From the NCBI RefSeq assembly GCF_006345805.1, contig NC_043008.1, forward strand, positions 71,176,001 through 71,240,000: a DNA stretch of 64,000 bases, in the 5' to 3' direction. Shown here one piece after another: positions 41,168-55,269 of this stretch. Every line of letters starts with the position of its first letter. Position 1 is the stretch's first letter. The notes under the pieces were generated by a model, which did no database searches, was not told the origin of the DNA, and saw nothing but the letters and a program-made list of their open reading frames with translations. This stretch comes from Octopus sinensis (taxonomy: Eukaryota). The position numbers were made by a program, and so were the translations under genes.

Positions 41168-41886
41168 GAACATATCATATATAGAAATATATAGAACAAA
41201 GATTATATATTTACTAAACTGCTGCAGTGTAGAATATGCAAAACCATGAAATGGAATGTAGAAACCCTACCCAGATGCCAATCATTGAATCATAACTAAG
41301 CATTTACACTCGACTACCAGCACCACCAACACTATCAATACCACATCAAAACCAGTTACACAATCACATATCCCCCACACACACCTGGCTGCTCACACAC
41401 ACCTAGCTACACACATTCGTAACCAACGCTGGGACATACGCTAACATGCTATTTCTCGCTAGGATTTTCACGTGCACTGCAGCAAATATTGTCTCTGAAC
41501 TCGTCAGCCAACTGCACATAATTCCAATGTAGGCCATTGCCACTCGACATGCATGATTCAACTCCAGCAGCAAACGCTAATAACTTTCACTCACTGGATC
41601 CATCAGAGAAAATCAGTTGATCCAGAGAAATTCAGCTATACAGTTTTAAGGAAAGTTATCCTCACTCAGGTTGTTTTAGAATTTAGATCGACCTACTTCC
41701 AATTCCTGGTCATGTGGCTTATTTGGCGAGGTCATATTGCCATTAATGTCATGATTCTCGGTCACGCAAAATCCTTGAAGTGCATTATTAATTGAACGGC
41801 ATTGAATTATCTTTCGGGTTTGAAGAAGAAGCGTAAAACTCTGGGAGGAACCTTTGAGAATGCACACCTGATATATGCATTCTTCT

Positions 41887-42057
41887 TTACGTTCTGGGTT
41901 CAAATTCCGCCGAGGTCGACTTTGCCTTTCATCCTTTCGGGGTCGATAAATTAAGTACCAGTTACGCACTGGGGTCGATGTAATCGATTTTATCCCTTTG
42001 TCTGTCCTTGTTTGTCCCCTCTATGTTTAGCCCCTTGTGGGTAGTAAAGAAATAAGA
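41887..42057 (+). mobile_element. SINE family A, 5'-truncated
   Basis: Core and tail nearly identical to 722-953. Confidence 0.92.
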
Positions 42058-42653
42058 TGTATGATTGTTTCTTTGAGAGTTGCGACGATTGGATTTCAGG
42101 CCAACTCTTATTTTACAGAACGATAATGGAAATACTTCAAGCTGTGACCACTATGTTGAGACCTCTTGCTATTTTAATCACTCAGATAGACATGCAATGA
42201 TATTCGTTGCTGTGAATAGGTGATCATGATACGTTAAAACGATTGTAAAAATATGACTAATACCAACGTGTAGATTTGTCACTAGGATTCAAGTAATATC
42301 TCTCAACATTTCTCTTCAAGGCCATTTCGTGTAGCTTAATTAGTGAATACATATTTTGAAATAGTATTTCTACAGATGTTTGAGTTGATCCTGGTGGTAT
42401 AGCAGCGGAGATACTTTCTCCACACAGAAACTAATATGTAAAGTTTGTTATATAATTTATATTTTTTAAACTATGTTCAGCTACTGTATTGGAACATGTA
42501 GCACTACTAATAGGGCTTTCAGTTTAAGCACAAGGCCATTCATGTTGACACTATACAATTATTTGTTATCTGAATTGCTGCAGATTGTATGAGGCTAATA
42601 GAAACAAGTTTGTGTTATGGCTACGTGACAGATCTGGTAATGGTACACACACA

Positions 42654-42684
<31 letters not shown>

Positions 42685-43817
42685 GCGCGCGCGCGCACAC
42701 ACACACACACACACATACACACTCACACGCAAGCAAACACACTCACAGGCACACACACACACACACACACGCAAGCACACATACACAAACACACACACAC
42801 ACAAAAACACACACACACAAAAACACACACACACAGAAATATGTCTACATTCCCAAGAAAACTGATTTAATCGAGTTTTGATTCCTTCTTCCTATATCTA
42901 CTCTTAGTTTATTAATTCCTCTTTGCATCCTCAACTACCCTCTCTCTTCATCTTCTTCCTGCAGCGCCACTCTCGATTTTACATGTTCCATTGTTCTTTC
43001 CATCAGCCTGCTTACTGTCGCCCTTACTACTTGCTCACCTATGGAGCAAACGTGATAATGCGTTCCTCATCAGTTTTAGCCAGTGTTTTAACTTAGTGGC
43101 TGTAAAATTCTGCTGCCTCTCACTGTACTATTTCACTGTACTATGGTCAATGTGGGACCAACACTAACTTCTATGGAGTCTGTTTGATCATGTGGGAGTA
43201 AGCGTGTGTGTGTAAATGAGCGTGCGTGTGTGTATGTGTGTGTGTGTATGTATATATCTTTGTATGTATGTAAGTATGTATTTGCATGTGTGTGTGAGTG
43301 TGTTTGTATTCACCTATATCCCAATGTGGAGTAGTTAATCTGGTATTCCTATTTCAGGTGACTATATCTTGATACTTTGCTAAGAAGTTGCACATCATAT
43401 TTAAACCACCTAACGAGGAAACCTCGAGATCGGCGATCGGTCTGCCAGAAACAGCACCGTAAAATCAATCACTAAAGACCTAACATCAGAACACATTACA
43501 ATATAGTTCTAAATATACATGAAAATACAGACCGATCGCTGACGGAAACATGACTGCTTTTTCAGTGTTTATCTGAATCGAAACTTAAAGAAAAGCACCT
43601 CGCCTATTTAGAGGATTTATCTTGGCAGAAATTGTAAATTGAGAAGGGAATCGATGCTAGAGGTACACTCTGTATGAGAGAAGGGAGAATACTTTTTATT
43701 TTATTATATGTGACGAGCATTGGACACTTATATTAGCAAGTGATGCAGTCAATGGAATAAAGCTCAGATAGTAAAACTTCAAGTATTTCCACCTTGTTCC
43801 GCAAGTATGTGCTTACA

Positions 43818-43863
<46 letters not shown>

Positions 43864-44179
43864 ACTATCTATCTATCTATTTATCTATCTGTATGTGTAC
43901 CTGCAGGCGTATACGTGTGTGTATGTGTGTGTGTGTGTTCGCGTGTGTGCGTACATTTGCGTATATGTATATCTATATAAGCATTCGATTCACTATAGTC
44001 CTGAAACTATATGTATTACATGCTAATTCTTAACCTTTTCCTCCATCCGTTAAATCTGATTGTAAGTCCTCTCATAAGAACATGATTTACATATTACCAT
44101 CGTTTTATTCTAAATATGAATAACTGCTCTTCCTTTCTCCTACAGACATGCACCATATGGGTCTGTATGCGTGTATATA

Positions 44180-44231
<52 letters not shown>

Positions 44232-45137
44232 CGTGTCTGTATATGTTTGTCTATTTATTGCTTTATCTATATGCATGAATTATTGTATTTTCATATATTA
44301 CTTTCACATCTGACACATACCCAGGATTGTGTTCCTCTTGCAGAAAGAAGATATTGGAAAACCGATTCAATAGAATCATTAAGTAACAAAAACCCATGAC
44401 AATGCAACTTTCCTCTATTATTATAGGAAAGAATTTTAGAAAAATTTATGAAGATTACACCCAACCTTCACTAAATCCTTGTTTGGATTTTCAGCAACAT
44501 ACAAAAACTAATAATAATAAGAAGAAATAAGAAAAATCAAAATGCTTGCAAATTTACAAAAATTGGCCTTCTTCGACAGGAAAATGAATCAAATTCCTTG
44601 ATATATTGGTTTGGCGCCTCGAATGGTCGTAACTTAGCAAGTAGTTTGCATTTTAAAATAGCAAGTCCATTAAGCGTATAAATTGACTTGCCAACTAAAG
44701 ATGGTTTTGATCTGAAATGAGTGTCTGTTCGGAATGTCAAGGAGAAGATGTGAGCTAGGTTTATAAATTATTGAAATGTTTTGACTAGGCTGAAGGCCAA
44801 AATTTTGACGAAGAGAGCCATGTGATACAGACGATTAGTAAAATAAACATAAGTGAGTGCTGGAGAATTAAGTGAAAATTATATTTCAGGTTAACAGCCT
44901 GCTGTTAAGGTTGCATTTCCATTAGTATCGATTATATATATGTCACCTATCAGCCACGAAATAGAAATGAATGTCACAGAGTCTAACACTTGATCACCAA
45001 TCAAGTTATGTCATAAATTAGTCCGTTTACATCAACGAAAAGTAAAAATTAATTGTATTCTACCCACGTGTATTGTGGGGCATATGCATACACATATACA
45101 CACATACATATATTCATGTATATATACATACCTACAT

Positions 45138-45191
<54 letters not shown>

Positions 45192-45197
45192 TATATA

Positions 45198-45229
<32 letters not shown>

Positions 45230-45270
45230 CACATACATATATATATATATATATATACATATATATATAA

Positions 45271-45350
<80 letters not shown>

Positions 45351-45379
45351 TATATATATATGTATGTATGTATGCATGT

Positions 45380-45672
45380 GTGTTTGTTCCTTCCCGAGTC
45401 ATATCTGATTCATAAAGGGCGGTTTCCCCGTTATGTTGGATTATAGGTTCCCCACCAGGTGGAAACGCCGGTCTGTTACAGGTCACTTGCTAGATGCAGG
45501 GGGAAAGAGTGAGAGAAGTTGTGGTGAAAAAGTCAGCAGAAATTCGCCATTACCTTCTGCCGGAGAAGCGTGGAATTTAGTTGTTTCGCTCATAAACACA
45601 CTCATCACTCAGTCCGAGATTCGAACTCGCGATCCCTCGACCGCGAGTCCGCTGCTCTAACACTAAGCCATG
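45380..45672 (-). mobile_element. tRNA-derived SINE family D, full length
   Basis: A box TGGCTTAGTG, B box GAGTTCGAATC; tail GATATGACTCGGGAAGGAACAAAC, RTE-like. Confidence 0.85.
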
Positions 45673-45759
45673 AATATATATACATACATATATGCGTATA
45701 TATATATGTATAAGTATATATATAACACACACACACACGGGGCTCCAGCAACGTACTCT

Positions 45760-46205
45760 TTCTTTGTCAGTCATAAAGCTTATATCGATTGTGACATTTA
45801 AGTTCCGCCAACGATTTGCAAAGAAAGCCACAGATGTTGCAAGTATGAGAATTACAGCTCTATACAGGTGGTATACTTGCAGCCGCTTTTCACCTTTGCC
45901 TTGCACCTCGAAGCCTGTTAGTGTTGGCCGCAACAAACATTTTAATACTATTTTAACTCAATGATCTCCATTTTGATCGTTCCAAGGCTATTCGCTCAAA
46001 GGTGCTGCGACCTATCTTAATTTCTAAGAGGTTAAGCTTCATTTTGTTCTAATATCTTAGCTGTGGTCCACCAATATTCCTGTGCGCACTCCCAAGCTGG
46101 ATATACATAAGGAATCGATCCCCTGTAAACACACGGATGTCTAAGATTGAACCTTTTAAGCAATACTAAGTGTCGACTAACCGGAGAATTGCTGGATGTC
46201 ATCTG
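45760..46205 (-). mobile_element. RTE LINE 3' end
   Basis: [45 protein letters not shown] (RTE C-terminus with CxxC..H finger). Confidence 0.8.
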
Positions 46206-46207
46206 TG

Positions 46208-46280
<73 letters not shown>

Positions 46281-46314
46281 TATATAGACATCTCTCTCTC
46301 TCTCTCTCTCTCTA

Positions 46315-46358
<44 letters not shown>

Positions 46359-46379
46359 ACTATTTCGGAATGGTCATAT

Positions 46380-46838
46380 TGCCAGTTTAGCCAATAAAAA
46401 CACACGCACTATATATTTGGTGTTATTTTGCTTCAGTGTTATTTATTTTTTACATTAATCTTAATCTTATTTCGGCCAGAGTTCTTTCGTTACACTCCTG
46501 TGACCGCATCAGTGACCGCATTTGTTTACTTCTTTCTTATTTGTGTCTCTCCTTACTAACCGTCAGCCATTTTGTATTTCTATTGTATGTCTTCATTTGC
46601 GCATGCTTATATCTCTATGTGCATCTATGTTTATTTAGTGTGTGTATGTGGAGGGATGCCTGTAATATTTGTATCTTCTGTTTATATATGTTCATGTAAT
46701 TTGTATCTTGTATTTTATTGTTTTTGTTTATTCTTATTCTGTTCATGTGTTTACATCCACTTATTATTATCAATACATATGCTTGTACGTATGTATGTAT
46801 AACAACATTACTAGTAATAATAATAATAAATCGAATCG

Positions 46839-46881
<43 letters not shown>

Positions 46882-47370
46882 GTTATTTATTTCTATTTGT
46901 TTATTTATATGTGTATTTATTATGTTTTCGGGATCCTCTATTGTCATAGGTTGTGGTGTGTGCTAGTGCTCCATTCTAGTTTTCTATTCAGGCTAAGTTT
47001 ATTTTTTATTTTGTGTGTAACTTCTCTAATTTGTCTAATTGTTGAATCTGTTCTATGTGTGGACAATATTTTAATTTCTATGTTACTGATTGATCTCCCG
47101 TGTTCCTGTTTGGAGTGTTGGTACAGAATCGATGAGCTTTTACCCCTCCTTGAGTTGTCTCCTATGCCATTTACCCGCTCTCCTATGCTTCTTGCCGTTT
47201 CTCCTACGTATGTCGTTGTCTTGTTACTGCATCGTCCCTCTATACATCTTATACTATAGACTACGTAGACTACATTTCTGGCTACAGTTTGTTTGTGGGC
47301 TAAATCTACATACAGTACAGTACTTATCCGTACAGGGGGTTCTACTAAAATGATAGGTTCTACCAATTAT
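46380..47370 (-). mobile_element. Penelope-like element: GIY-YIG remnant and pseudo-LTR with decayed hammerhead
   Basis: ORF 46944..47366 VARNVVYVV..TTYVGETARSIGERVNG..LYQHSKQEHG; CTGATGC-GGTCACAGGAG..CTCTGGCC-GAAA at 46470-46512. Confidence 0.8.
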
Positions 47371-47429
47371 AGATTTGATATTTATAATATATATGCGTGT
47401 ACACATATATGAGCCAAGAATCGAGGTGT

Positions 47430-47900
47430 TGGAAGAAGGTCAGCTTATAGCAAGCCGTAGAACATAATGATTTATTGATACGGATGGTTGTGAATTTCTT
47501 CTGTATCGAAGAATGGTTAGCTGAAAAAGGTTTTATATTTCACAGTAGGCAGGCAGGGTTGCCAGGTATGCTAATAAAATATAAAAAGTTAAGGAATGGT
47601 GTAGATAATATCTGAACTACATATGTTTCATTGCGAGAGGAATCTCGGAAGTGGTAAATATCAAAATGAGGTGTATCCGAAGGCTACTTCAGGCCAAGGG
47701 TATATTGATGGAATGAAGTTTACGTTGTCGTAAGGAGATATATGTCAACACACAGGTGATTCGATGAGAGCGTGTAGAGAGCAAGGTTAGTGTGGAGAAC
47801 TGGAGAATATATACAATACCCTTGGCCTGAAGATTAACCTGCTGTATACACCTTGCCTGGATATTTACCACTTCCGACATTCCGGTCGCTATCATATTTA
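47430..47900 (-). mobile_element. Second Penelope-like GIY-YIG remnant
   Basis: NLQAKGIVYILQFSTLTLL..LRQRKL resembles the GIY half-motif context. Confidence 0.5.
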
Positions 47901-50642
47901 TATAGCCCTGATATAATCTATTCCATTCCTTAACTCTTATATATGCATGCATATATATATATACTTATATATACACTGCATATTTTTATTTATACAGACA
48001 CACTCATGAATATATAGGTTTGTATATAAGCCAAGAATGACCCGTCTTTTTTTGCCTGTCCTTGTAATTCTTGTTTCTCTTGTCCGCCTTTGTATCCTCT
48101 ATCTGTCCGAACGATTTAATGCCCTCTACAAAATAAATATTCTTTAGATATTCTACTAAACTTGAATGTGAAAGTTGGATCCAATTTGAAATAAATGAAG
48201 AACACGAGTTCCAAGAAATCGGAAGCATTATTTGGCATCACATCAAATGACTTTTAGCATATGTGTAGTTTGAACAAATATTTTTAGTGACTCGAAATTC
48301 CTTCCTGAGAAGTCGATGCATAACTTTGAAGCACTGTATAATAATCTTCATTTGTCTTTCGTTATTTTTATGTTAGCTTTGAAAATTGTTACAAGACAAT
48401 GTTTCTCATTTAAGTAGCGAACAATTACGATTAGGTTATTGTTCCAAAATTCCTGATATTCACAAAAAGCAATGGGGTTAAGTTGAGTCGGTCATTGCTA
48501 TATCGAATGCAGATTATCAAATTAGCAAGTAATATCGACATATCCAATTCTTATCACATAACCAATTTTGGTTCTCCAATTACATAACGCAAATGTCTTT
48601 AAATTAGTGAAGTGTTTCCTTTCACATTAACTCTTACAGAATTCCTCATCAGGTGTACTTTTCTTAGCCAGAAAATCCCTCGATGGTGTAAATACGTTCT
48701 CGTTTTACTCATAGAGAATCTTTATCTATAATTTTCTATTCTCTATTGAGTAATCCCTTACTTTTAAGAGTGACAAATCATTTTATTACTGCATTAATTT
48801 CAATCATCGAAAATGTGCACATTAATTTTTGGGGTACTAAAACCTGTTCCAGTGAATCAAGCAGTTCTTTAGACACCAACATTCCGCCTATCTATTCATG
48901 TCTTCCGTAACTATAGCACTACACTTTTGTATATTAAATCGAAGTCACATATTGTATATTTGACCTCTAACAAAATACCAGTAACTAAATTTACCCAAAT
49001 ACGACATACTCATTTTCCATTTACATCTATAAAGCTAATTATGCGTCTATTCCACAACCTAAATTGCAGGAAGTGTTAGTTTTATGTAATTTACAATATT
49101 GATTATTAACAATTTCTCTTTTATTATTACAAATCATTGTAGAATGTGTTAACTTTATCTACTTTGTTGATTTAAAATCTTCAACAGAACAAAGAGCAAA
49201 TGAACTTCTAAATGCACGAGAGTGTCTAACATATTCCGAGGTATTAATAATGTCGCAAGACAAACCCACAAAAACAGCAATATTTTGTCTGATATATACC
49301 GCTTTTTGATATATGAGATTTAAAAGACATTGCCTACTTGTGAAATTTTGCCTTGGTCAGAGTTCCATCCGCAACTCGTTTCCTACTAATTTGTTTGATA
49401 AGCGAGAAAATCAGTCAAACCATCGTGAACACACTTTCGGTAGAAAATCGAATCTGGATGATGACGTACTTGATGTTCAACAACGTTATATGGGCACAGA
49501 GGAACTGACTTGTGGTGGAACACAACTACCCCAACTACTATCCCCACTAATCACCACCACCACCACCACCACCACAACAACAACAACAAAACATTAGAAA
49601 CTTTGATATTTCAGAAATATAATTTTCTTAAGTATTACTGTCTACTAGAGGTATTTATTTGAATGACCCCGGGGCATTGAACAGCAAGAATTCCTCTACT
49701 GAATATAGAACACGGAATCGAGTTACACATAAAATAAACATAATTTGGTAATTGCTGCGGTTGTCTATTATCTAGACTGTCTCAGGCCATGATTTAGTTT
49801 GACAAACATTAGCAATTAGAGTAGCAAGATGATTATTATCAATATAGTTTATATGACAGCTAATATCAATACATTCATTATTAACGGTACCATTACTGCA
49901 AAGTCTCTACTGTTCTCCCGATAGATTAATATTAAGTGTCTTAGACACCTCTTAAGAAAAAAAACAACAAATAAAATTAGCTCATACATAACAGTTTCAA
50001 GAGACAAGAATTTGGAAAAAGATCAAAGGTTTAATTGCCGATATTTTTTAATAAAATATTTTGTTTCCGCCATAAATGATGCCCTTGCGATTTGTTGTTT
50101 TATTTATTCGATCTCCCTTACCGCCAGAAACATTTGCTGCTTCTCTCTCTTTACTATATACTAATATTTTCTCAATCTCTATCTCTCTTTCTCTTTTCCC
50201 ACTCTCTCTTTTTCTCTTTCACCCTCTCTCTCTTCCTCTCTTTCTCCTCTCTCTCTATCTTTCTCTCTACATACTGCAGTAACTAAAATCTATAAGATAA
50301 TTTACTTCCGGTTGCGTACACTTTCCTTTATGATTACAATCTGAATACATCTCAGGTCTCATCAATTATCAATGCTTAAGGTTCCAATAAAATGCCTTTA
50401 GAAAACCCTACTTCAAAGTTTCATTTCTGCAGGCAGAAATATTCATTCAAAAGAATAGGACCGAACACATTTCTTGCACATTTTATTAGCTGGCGCTCAC
50501 TAAGTGGCGCTTATAATCTATGCGATGAAGCTTTCCATCTTTTATATTCTATCATTATGTACCCAGAAAGAATTTTTTACACACGGGTTTAGTTCCAGTG
50601 AAAACGAAGTTTTAATCTAAATATATCTAGTAGTTTAATATG

Positions 50643-50982
50643 CCTACCTACCTGCCTGCCTACCTACCTACCTACCTACCTACCTACCTACCTACCTACC
50701 TAGCTAGCTAGTACCTACCTACCTACCTACCTACCTACCTACCTACCTACCTACCTACCTACCTACCTACCTACCTACCTACCTACCTACCTATCTACCT
50801 ACCTACTTACCTACCTACCTACATACCTACCTACCTACCTACCTAGCTACATACCTAACTACCTACCTACCTATCTACCTACCTACCTACCTACCAACCT
50901 ACCTACCTACTAACCTACCTACCTACCAACCTACCTACCTACCTACCTACCTTCCTACCTATGTACCTACCTACCTAATACA

Positions 50983-50990
<8 letters not shown>
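50643..50990. repeat. (CTAC)n tetranucleotide array followed by (ATAC)n/(AT)n
   Basis: Direct reading. Confidence 0.97.
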
Positions 50991-51053
<63 letters not shown>

Positions 51054-51149
51054 GTATATGTATATATATGTATATATATATACTCACAGACACTCACACT
51101 CACGCACACACGCATATATTTTCATACATACATACATAATTAATATACG

Positions 51150-51894
51150 AGGAGTTTTCGTTAACTGACACAAAGTAACAGATATGTACTAGGAGTGCTC
51201 AGGTTTACCACTAAAACTCCAGGTTAAACTGCATCTGTCAGTGTGGTGCTGAGACTGCCTATCAGAGGCGGTTAGAAATGGTTTTTCCTTCAGTAGGTAG
51301 ATATAGATTAAAGTAAAAATGAGAAAGCATAACGTTTGTCATCACTTGAAAAGGACATTTGATTTAGGTGGACTTCTAGTGGTAAACCTAAATGAGCACT
51401 CGTAATATATATCTTGGTGGTTTAATAAAATATTTGTTCTCTCTGCCATATCCTATTAAGAACATTGGGAATATGTAAAGGAGAGCGACATGTGTGACTC
51501 ATGAGCTGCTCCCCGAGAATAGAATCACGTTCAGCAAAAATAAGCCTTAGAATGAGAAATTCATTAGTATAGGAAGCTCAACTTTACCTATTATTCTCAC
51601 CATGCTATTTTCAATTATTCAGGTCATTTGAACATTTTATCAGTACCAAAAAAGTTGAGTTGGACGATATTGAAATGGCACACGAAACATTCTCTTTTCT
51701 ACAGAAACTGATTTCTTTTTGTACGAAGTATTACAAAACTGGTTTCGAGGTTAGGTTAGAAAGTGTTAAAAATAGCAATTGAAATATATATTGTATAAAT
51801 AAATAAATATATTTACGTTGTATTTTATCCTTACTTGAATACCTATTAAACGAAATGTGAGATTACATTTCGGTAGCCCCAATGTATAAATATC
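51150..51894 (+). mobile_element. Old, internally deleted mariner remnant
   Basis: Traces of (W)VTHEL, LPYSP-like and C-terminal ITKL..RLE motifs; TIR-like ATTACATTTCGGTAGCCCCAATGTA end. Confidence 0.45.
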
Positions 51895-51996
51895 TTTACA
51901 CACACAAACATGTTTGCTCACTAGAAACTATGTTTATGCATTTGTGATATTCAAGATAATTAAATATTATACAGAATATAAATATTATACATAATT

Positions 51997-53122
51997 ACTT
52001 TGATTAACACCCTTTCTAACATGGAAGTACCCAAACAGCATTTAAGGCACGAAATGCTTTATGAGTACAAAAATGGAAATTCTGCAGCCGAAACGACACG
52101 AAACATACTCTCAATTTATGAGAAAGAATGCTTGAATGAAAGAACTTGCAGAAGAGGGTTTGCAAAATTCAGAAGTGGAGATTTTAGGCTTGTAGATGAA
52201 AATTGAACAGGATGTCAGGTTGAGTTTGATGATTAGCTGCTTGAGGAATTATTTGAAGAAAATCCTGCATTATCAGTTGAAGAATTGACAATAAAGCTTA
52301 GTTTAAACCATACAATTGTTCATCCTCATCTTCAACAACTTGGAAAGGTTCCTAAACATGGAAAATGAGTGCCTCATGAATTGTCCGAAAGCAATCGCAA
52401 ATACCGAGTTGACATCTGCTCTTCTCTTCATTATTGCGAACTCATTTCACTCTTTTTGGATAGACTTGTGACTGGTGACGAAAAATGCATCTTCTATCGA
52501 AATGTTAAACGTCGTAAACAGTGTTCTTGGTAAAAAGGAAAAAGCTCAACCACAACCGAGAAGAGAACTTCATGGAAAAAGGGCTCTTCTCTCTATCTAG
52601 TGCGATTGCAAAGGAGTAATTCACTTTGAATTGTTGCCACCTAATGCAAAATCAATGCTTAATTCTACTGTCAGCAATTAGAGCGTTTGAACCAAGCTTT
52701 GAAGAAAAGAAGACACGCTTTAGTGAATCGAAAAGGAGTGATGTTTCATCAGGACAATGCGCAACTCCACACTGCAAAGATCAATCACAGAAGATTGAAG
52801 ATTTTGGTTGGGATAAAATTCCTCGTCTACCTTATTCTCCCGACCTAGCTCCTTCAGACTACCATTTGTTACGTAGTTTACAGAATCATTTGGGGGACAT
52901 AACTTTCGCAAGCAAGGAGAAGGTCGAAAATGATAATTCAGAGTTCTTCGCTTTGAAACCAAAAGAGTTTTACACTGATGGGATTAAAAAGCTTGTAAAT
53001 AGATGGAAGGAAGTCATAGATAATCAGGGAAAGTACATTGATGATAAAATTTCAATTAAGTATAAAATTCGATCACTTGTTTTCTTTATTAAAAATTCAG
53101 ACTGAACTTACGGGATGACCTT
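51997..53122 (+). mobile_element. Mariner (DD34D) transposase pseudogene with 3' TIR; 5' TIR not found
   Basis: HLRHEMLYEY..FAKFRSGDF, VPHELSE, LVTGDEKCIFY, FHQDNA, PYSPDLAPSDYHL; stops and frameshifts; 3' end TTCAGACTGAACTTACGGGATGACCTT then TA. Confidence 0.92.
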
Positions 53123-54054
53123 TATGTACGTACCTATGTATGTATATATATATGTATGTAAGTATGTATGTACGTATGTATGCATGCATGTATGTATGTA
53201 TGTATGTATGTATGTATGTATGTATGTATGTATGTACGTATACATAAACGTGAGTGTGTATATTTGTGTGTGCATGGTGTGTGTGTCTGTATGGCTCTGT
53301 ATGTATTTCACCAATAACAGCGGACGTTTTAAGCAACTATGAGAAAAACGCTTAAGCCGTTGGTTTTAAATGAATGTCGTAGGTGATATTGGTTCTGCCA
53401 AAGTAACATTTTATCCCTCAACCATACTTCGCAGAAATGTTATTAACTCTTTGAAACATGTAACCAACGCACTAATATTTACAAACTCTGGATTGTATTT
53501 GAAATAATCATATCTTTGAAAATAAAAGCAATAACTTTTATGGGCCAAAGTCAATAACTACTTATTCTAAACATGTTTTACATACTCTTTTCCATTACTT
53601 TACTCTCATATATTGGCATTCATTGGCTCAATGTATAGAATGTATCTTTGTGGTCGTTGTCTTTTCCAAAATATGATGTCGTATAAATAGATCCACATTT
53701 GTATGCCAGATAGATTTGAGATGCAAGAGTATCAGACTGGAAAGAAGATAAAGCTGAAATAGTTGAGTATTTAAGCTATTACAGTTTTAAATAGCGACTT
53801 ACATATAAGCTATTTTATATTAAAAACGAAATATTTACACCAGTCTATTACTCACGATGTTATCTAAATTATATATAGATATCCTTCATATCACAATGTA
53901 GCATTAATACAAAAGTGTTAATGCAATGATAAATTCATACTGTAGCTAGCCACCGACATGATATTACATTTACAAATTAATCTATCCAATTTACATAAAT
54001 ATAACAGTGATAGTTTTTATAGACAATATTTTCGTAAACAGTTACAGGGAATAG

Positions 54055-54560
54055 TCACTTACCGATGAAATCCACAGAATTTAAACTAATATGCCAAGAC
54101 TGTAACACTGAAAACAGAAAAATGGGCACTCCTTCCAATATATCTCGGGAAATGAGTAGCGAGAGTGAGCATTGGCAGGGAGCAACCTGAGATTAATGAG
54201 GTGTGGCTGCTTGCAGCAATCTTAAGAGATAAAAAGGAGGACCCTGAGGTGCTGCAGGTAAGCCGCACCAAACAATTGAAGTGCTGGGGATACGGCCTGG
54301 AAGTTATAATTCATGCCACTCCTCTGGACTTACAGGGAATTACCGAAGAGAAAGAGCTACCAGACGAGCTGAAGCTGTGTATGGTGGTAAAGGGAAGACC
54401 TCTCATCTACCACTTCAGAAAGAAGGGAAACATAAAGGCAATTTTATCCCACTTCTTAAACAGAATAGGGGAGATACAAGAAGAAAATTACAGAGACGAG
54501 AAATTAAAAGAAAATACTAAAAAGCAAATGTAGAAAGCAGAGAAGAATGATTCCAGGAAG
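54055..54560 (+). mobile_element. Tx1/L1-like LINE ORF1 fragment
   Basis: IGREQPEINEVWLLAAIL; homologous to ORF 55755..56021 (RIGMVRSEINE). Confidence 0.6.
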
Positions 54561-54769
54561 TACAAAACAGAAAGAGGAAGGACATTAAAATCTACTCATA
54601 CCCAAAGAACTAAAAAAAATTGAAGTAAGTAATATACAAGCACCCACATACTATATCCCATTACAACAAAAATAGAAGAAAACACCTGACAGCACAGAAT
54701 CTCCAGACAAGTATACTCAAGAACACACAGACAGCCCAGAAATTCCAGTTAAATATACACAAGGAGACA

Positions 54770-54818
54770 CACATGCAGACACTCATGCAGACACTCATGC
54801 AGACACTCATGCAGACAC
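54770..54818. repeat. 12-bp minisatellite (ACTCATGCAGAC)x4
   Basis: Direct reading. Confidence 0.9.
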
Positions 54819-55269
54819 ACAAACACACACCAAACAGACACACAAGGATTACAGGCCAATTATAAACATTGGGCGTATTTAACTAGCTATTGGAGGAGCA
54901 AGGCCATTGAGAATAAAATTTTTAAAAATATAGACGGTTATAAAAATTGTACAGGACTATGATTTACGCGTACCAGGTATGGATAGTATAGTGATAGACT
55001 TAAAGAATTACAAAAAAAAATAAAAAGCAAGGTTTGGTGATGACGTGAACGCACTAGGACGAGAGATAAGATACGATTGTCTACCACCTGTGATAGAAAC
55101 TGAACAATTGAAACCATATTTTTTATATTAAGGTGAATTAATTTGATAAACCTTGGTATAAAAAAGAGGAAAATATAGTTAAAATGGTACTACTCGATAG
55201 TAGGGGTTCGAGAAGCCATTACACCGCCATCCATTATATAAATCCATTTTCATTTATTCGCTTCATGTT

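Noticed and set aside
48610-48655. CTGATGAG..GAAA hammerhead-like text on the minus strand
   Set aside because: Stems are not in register with the cores; lies in a probable decayed LINE RT remnant.
49188-49240. Possible exon EQRANELLNARECLTYSE
   Set aside because: Weak donor (GTATTA), no recognisable homology, no partner exons.
52000-53105. Active or domesticated (SETMAR-like) transposase
   Set aside because: Multiple stops and frameshifts, no SET exon, and the 5' TIR is missing.
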